A stretch of DNA of 64,000 nucleotides from NCBI GenBank assembly GCA_965261345.1, contig OZ253449.1, positions 672,001-736,000 on the forward strand. Reading direction: 5' to 3'. The notes beneath the pieces are model-generated. The model was not told where the DNA came from and made no database searches. It saw nothing but the letters and a program-made list of their open reading frames with translations. Both the position numbers and the translations under genes were made by a program. Positions 61,289-64,000 of the stretch are shown here, piece by piece; the stretch's first letter is position 1, and every line of letters begins with the position of its first letter. This stretch comes from Chloroflexota bacterium. Its GTDB lineage: Bacteria > Chloroflexota > UBA11872 > VXNJ01.

Positions 61289-61624
61289 ATGGTCAAGACA
61301 GTCCACAATTCCGAGGTAGAGCTAGCCGACACCCCTTTTCCCGGGGTCAAGAACAAGCTGCTGGTGCACCACCAAAACATGCACATGCTCGAAGTGCATC
61401 TGCCCGCCGGCGGGTGTGTCGCCATGCACAGCCATCCCAATGAGCAAGCCGGCTATTGCGTCAAGGGCGCCCTTGAGCTAGAGGTCGATGGCGCCAAGGC
61501 AATATGTCGAGCCGGATCGGCGTGGATCATTCCCGGCGGGGCCGAGCACGAGGCCACCGCGATCGAAGCCAGCGTGATCATCGAAGTCTTTTCTCCTCCA
61601 CGCCAAGGCCTAATCGCGAAATAG
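61289..61624 (+). CDS. Cupin domain protein
   Basis: HSHPNEQAGY...G.LEL...IPGGAEH...IEVFSPPR. Confidence 0.92.
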   Translation: MVKTVHNSEVELADTPFPGVKNKLLVHHQNMHMLEVHLPAGGCVAMHSHPNEQAGYCVKGALELEVDGAKAICRAGSAWIIPGGAEHEATAIEASVIIEVFSPPRQGLIAK

Positions 61625-61669
61625 CCGGTCTCGGGCGGCCCGGGTTTGCCGGCAGCACCGGCCCACCGT

Positions 61670-61990
61670 TCAATCCTGGGAGACATACCAGTCCCGGGCC
61701 AGCGCGGTCAACCCGGCGCGCTGAACTTGCAAGCCATCAACTAGTACCCCCTGCGGGGCCCGTTCGAAATACCCGGCCGCCTCCAGCTGCGAAAGCAGGT
61801 CACGGGTGGTCGGCATCGTCCATTGGTCGCCCGGAGAAACATGCGGTTGGGTAAGGGTGGCCCGGCGACCGCCGGCCTCGGTCTGCAGCCGAAACACGTA
61901 TCCCTGACGCACCGCCGCGCCGGCCCCGAAGGCCCGTTGACAGATCTGCAGGAGCAGTTTTTGGGCGTCCGCCGCCAGCCGTTCAGGCAT
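61670..61990 (-). CDS. Hypothetical protein (106 aa, possibly winged-helix-like)
   Basis: ATG 61990 overlaps the sulfatase stop. LLSQLEAAGYFER...LTALARDW resembles a wHTH wing; weak. Confidence 0.55.
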   Translation of the reverse strand: MPERLAADAQKLLLQICQRAFGAGAAVRQGYVFRLQTEAGGRRATLTQPHVSPGDQWTMPTTRDLLSQLEAAGYFERAPQGVLVDGLQVQRAGLTALARDWYVSQD

Positions 61991-63464
61991 GAACAACCGG
62001 CCGTGGGTAGCAACTCTCGGCCAGCAACATTTCAATGAGGAGACGTTCGCCCAGCTCATGCCGCAAGCACGCCGACTCGGTTCGCGGGTACAGATTATTC
62101 AATTCATTGGGATCCTCGCGCAGATCGTAGAGCTCGGAGATCGGGCCCCCGGCGTATCTGGTCAGCTTGTGGGATTCGGTTACCAATGTGCGCGAAGTGA
62201 TCGGGGAATAGCGCCCCTGGAATTCGATCATCACCTGATCGCGCCCGGCGCCGCCGGATAGCCATCCGGTCATCGGCCGGCCCGGCATGTGGTCCGGCGC
62301 CCCGATACCGGCCAGGTCACAAAAGGTCGGGGCCAGATCGATGTGCGAACCGAGGTTGGGTAGGGTAGCGCCCGTCGGGCCGCCGGGCAGGCGAGCGATG
62401 AATGGGACGCGCTGCAAACCCTCGTAGGCATAGGGTCCCTTGTACAGGAGGCGATGGTCGCCAAGCAGCTCACCATGGTCGGAAGTAAAAATCACGGTGG
62501 TGGACTCGGCCAATCCCGCCCGGTCGAGGGCGTCCAGGATCATTCCAACGCCGTCGTCGATATGGCGGCACATCCCGTAGTAGTAGGCCAGGATCTGCTG
62601 CCAAACCGATGGTGGCAACGCCGAGAGGCTTTCGAACCCGGCCCCGCTGCCCTCCATGCGGCCGGGCAGATCCCCGCGGGCATACTGGCGAACATGTTCG
62701 GGCTTTCCAGTCAGATCGCCACCAAAACTGGCCGGCAGATCCATCTGCTGCGGGTCGTACAGATCGGCGTAATGACCGGAAGGAGCAAACGGGTGATGAG
62801 GATCGGGAAACGAGGCCCACAGAAAAAACGGCCGATCACCTACACCACGGAGATATTCGGCTGAACGCTGGGCCACCCAGGTCGTGGGGTGCCGTTCGAC
62901 CGGCAGGGCGGACTTCCAACCGCCGGGCCAGAGCGGGTCGACGAGGGCGTGTTCAATTCCGGTCAAATCGGCAAAATCGCCGCCGGCTTCCAAGTCGGCC
63001 CTGACGTGCCCGTGGACCACCGAATTGTGAGCCAAAGTCAGCTCGACGTGCTCGAAGCCATAGTACGGTCCATGCCAGGCAGCCGTTATCGATCCATCCG
63101 ACCAACTTTGGGCGGTCTCGCGCGAGTCCCCTGGGGCCAGGCCACGGTAGCGATCATAGACTGAAAAATGCGCTTTGCCGATCAACGCGGTGGCATATCC
63201 CGAATCGGCCAAAGCCCGCGAAAACGTCGGGATGTCGGGGTCAAGCGGAAGACCGTTCGACCACACGCCGTGGCCGCGGGGTGTCATCCCAGTAATCATC
63301 GATGACCGCGAAGGCATACACAGCGGCTGCACACAATACATCCGGGGGCTATACGATCCTTCTCGGGCCAATAGATCAAGTCGCGGGGTGGCACCATACG
63401 GGTTTCCGGCGACCCCCAGTGTGTCAGCGCGCATTTGATCGGTAGTAATAAAGAGGAAATTCAG
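61983..63464 (-). CDS. Sulfatase (Cys-type formylglycine)
   Basis: NFLFITTDQMRAD, TPRLD, LCMPSRSS (CxPxR), GKAH, DPHHPF, TSDHG, ELYDLREDP.EL.NL. Proposed CTG start at 63464. Confidence 0.93.
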   Translation of the reverse strand: MNFLFITTDQMRADTLGVAGNPYGATPRLDLLAREGSYSPRMYCVQPLCMPSRSSMITGMTPRGHGVWSNGLPLDPDIPTFSRALADSGYATALIGKAHFSVYDRYRGLAPGDSRETAQSWSDGSITAAWHGPYYGFEHVELTLAHNSVVHGHVRADLEAGGDFADLTGIEHALVDPLWPGGWKSALPVERHPTTWVAQRSAEYLRGVGDRPFFLWASFPDPHHPFAPSGHYADLYDPQQMDLPASFGGDLTGKPEHVRQYARGDLPGRMEGSGAGFESLSALPPSVWQQILAYYYGMCRHIDDGVGMILDALDRAGLAESTTVIFTSDHGELLGDHRLLYKGPYAYEGLQRVPFIARLPGGPTGATLPNLGSHIDLAPTFCDLAGIGAPDHMPGRPMTGWLSGGAGRDQVMIEFQGRYSPITSRTLVTESHKLTRYAGGPISELYDLREDPNELNNLYPRTESACLRHELGERLLIEMLLAESCYPRPVVHA

Positions 63465-63556
63465 ACTGGTGCCCCAACGGATGCTTAACGGAATCCAATC
63501 GACTATGCCAAATTTAATCCGGCTGCTGCTTCGGCGACGCTTTGCGGGGCCTGCCG

Positions 63557-64000
63557 ATGGCTGAATCGGCAGTTCCCCAACCCAGCCATTCATTTTTGTT
63601 GGAACAGTTGGACCTGCCGGCGCTGGCGGACTCGCACGGCTGGTCCCGCCTGGCTCCGTTCGTCTGGGATCCGATCGGGCGCCGGTTACAAACCGCGTCG
63701 ACGGTTGGCGACCGCGCAGTGGCGTTTGACCTGACCCAGGTGGGTGAAGGAATTCAAATTGACGTTTTTGGAAGCCCCGACCCGGGCGCGGCCGAAGCGG
63801 TTGTGCAACGAATGTTGTGGCCAGATCTCGACCTCTCCGACTTTCACGCCCGTTGCCGTCGCCAGGCTCGCTATCGCCCGTTGGCCGAAACCAGGGCCGG
63901 CACTTTACTGCGCTCACCCACGGTCTGGGAGGATCTGGCAAAGGTTCTAGCTACCACTAACGTGTCCTGGAGCGGGACCCGAGCGATGATTGAGCGCACG
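63557..64000 (+). CDS. HhH-GPD family DNA glycosylase-like protein (partial, runs off the window)
   Basis: Manual translation from ATG 63557: ...SHGWSRLAPF...GTLLRSPTVWEDLAKVLATTNVSWSGTRAM, typical of an AlkA/Ogg-like subfamily. Confidence 0.75.
   Translation, partial: MAESAVPQPSHSFLLEQLDLPALADSHGWSRLAPFVWDPIGRRLQTASTVGDRAVAFDLTQVGEGIQIDVFGSPDPGAAEAVVQRMLWPDLDLSDFHARCRRQARYRPLAETRAGTLLRSPTVWEDLAKVLATTNVSWSGTRAMIERT

Overview
A GC-rich bacterial chromosomal segment, most consistent with a Chloroflexota lineage (DUF2298/YYY plus Agl23-like membrane pair, ThyX, type III CoaX, SPxFAxD-type Asp-box protein). Taxonomy is inferred from gene content only. Core genes: a proton-type F0F1 ATP synthase operon (atpI-B-E-F-H-A-G-D, running off the left edge), coaX-coaBC-recJ-rel operon, tRNA-Leu(UAA), rpsF-ssb-rpsR, obgE, udg, apt, thyX, ispH, rsgA, punA, larA and groES-groEL, followed by a small catabolic cluster. 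Most notable: (1) an ~11.5 kb loosely packed, visibly more AT-rich block with dxs, hpnC-hpnD-hpnE (squalene), a cytoplasmic Lcp/MpaB-type heme oxygenase and an MMPL exporter but no squalene cyclase, a candidate squalene-cleavage/export pathway; (2) a XerD-like recombinase with substituted catalytic residues and a dif-like 28-mer in the promoter region of its own gene run; (3) several genes whose family N-terminus and SD spacing point to non-canonical starts (ATT, ACG, CTG); (4) a ~160 nt rod-shaped structured RNA candidate upstream of coaX. No CRISPR array, transposase or prophage was seen. All family calls come from motif recognition by eye; no searches were run.
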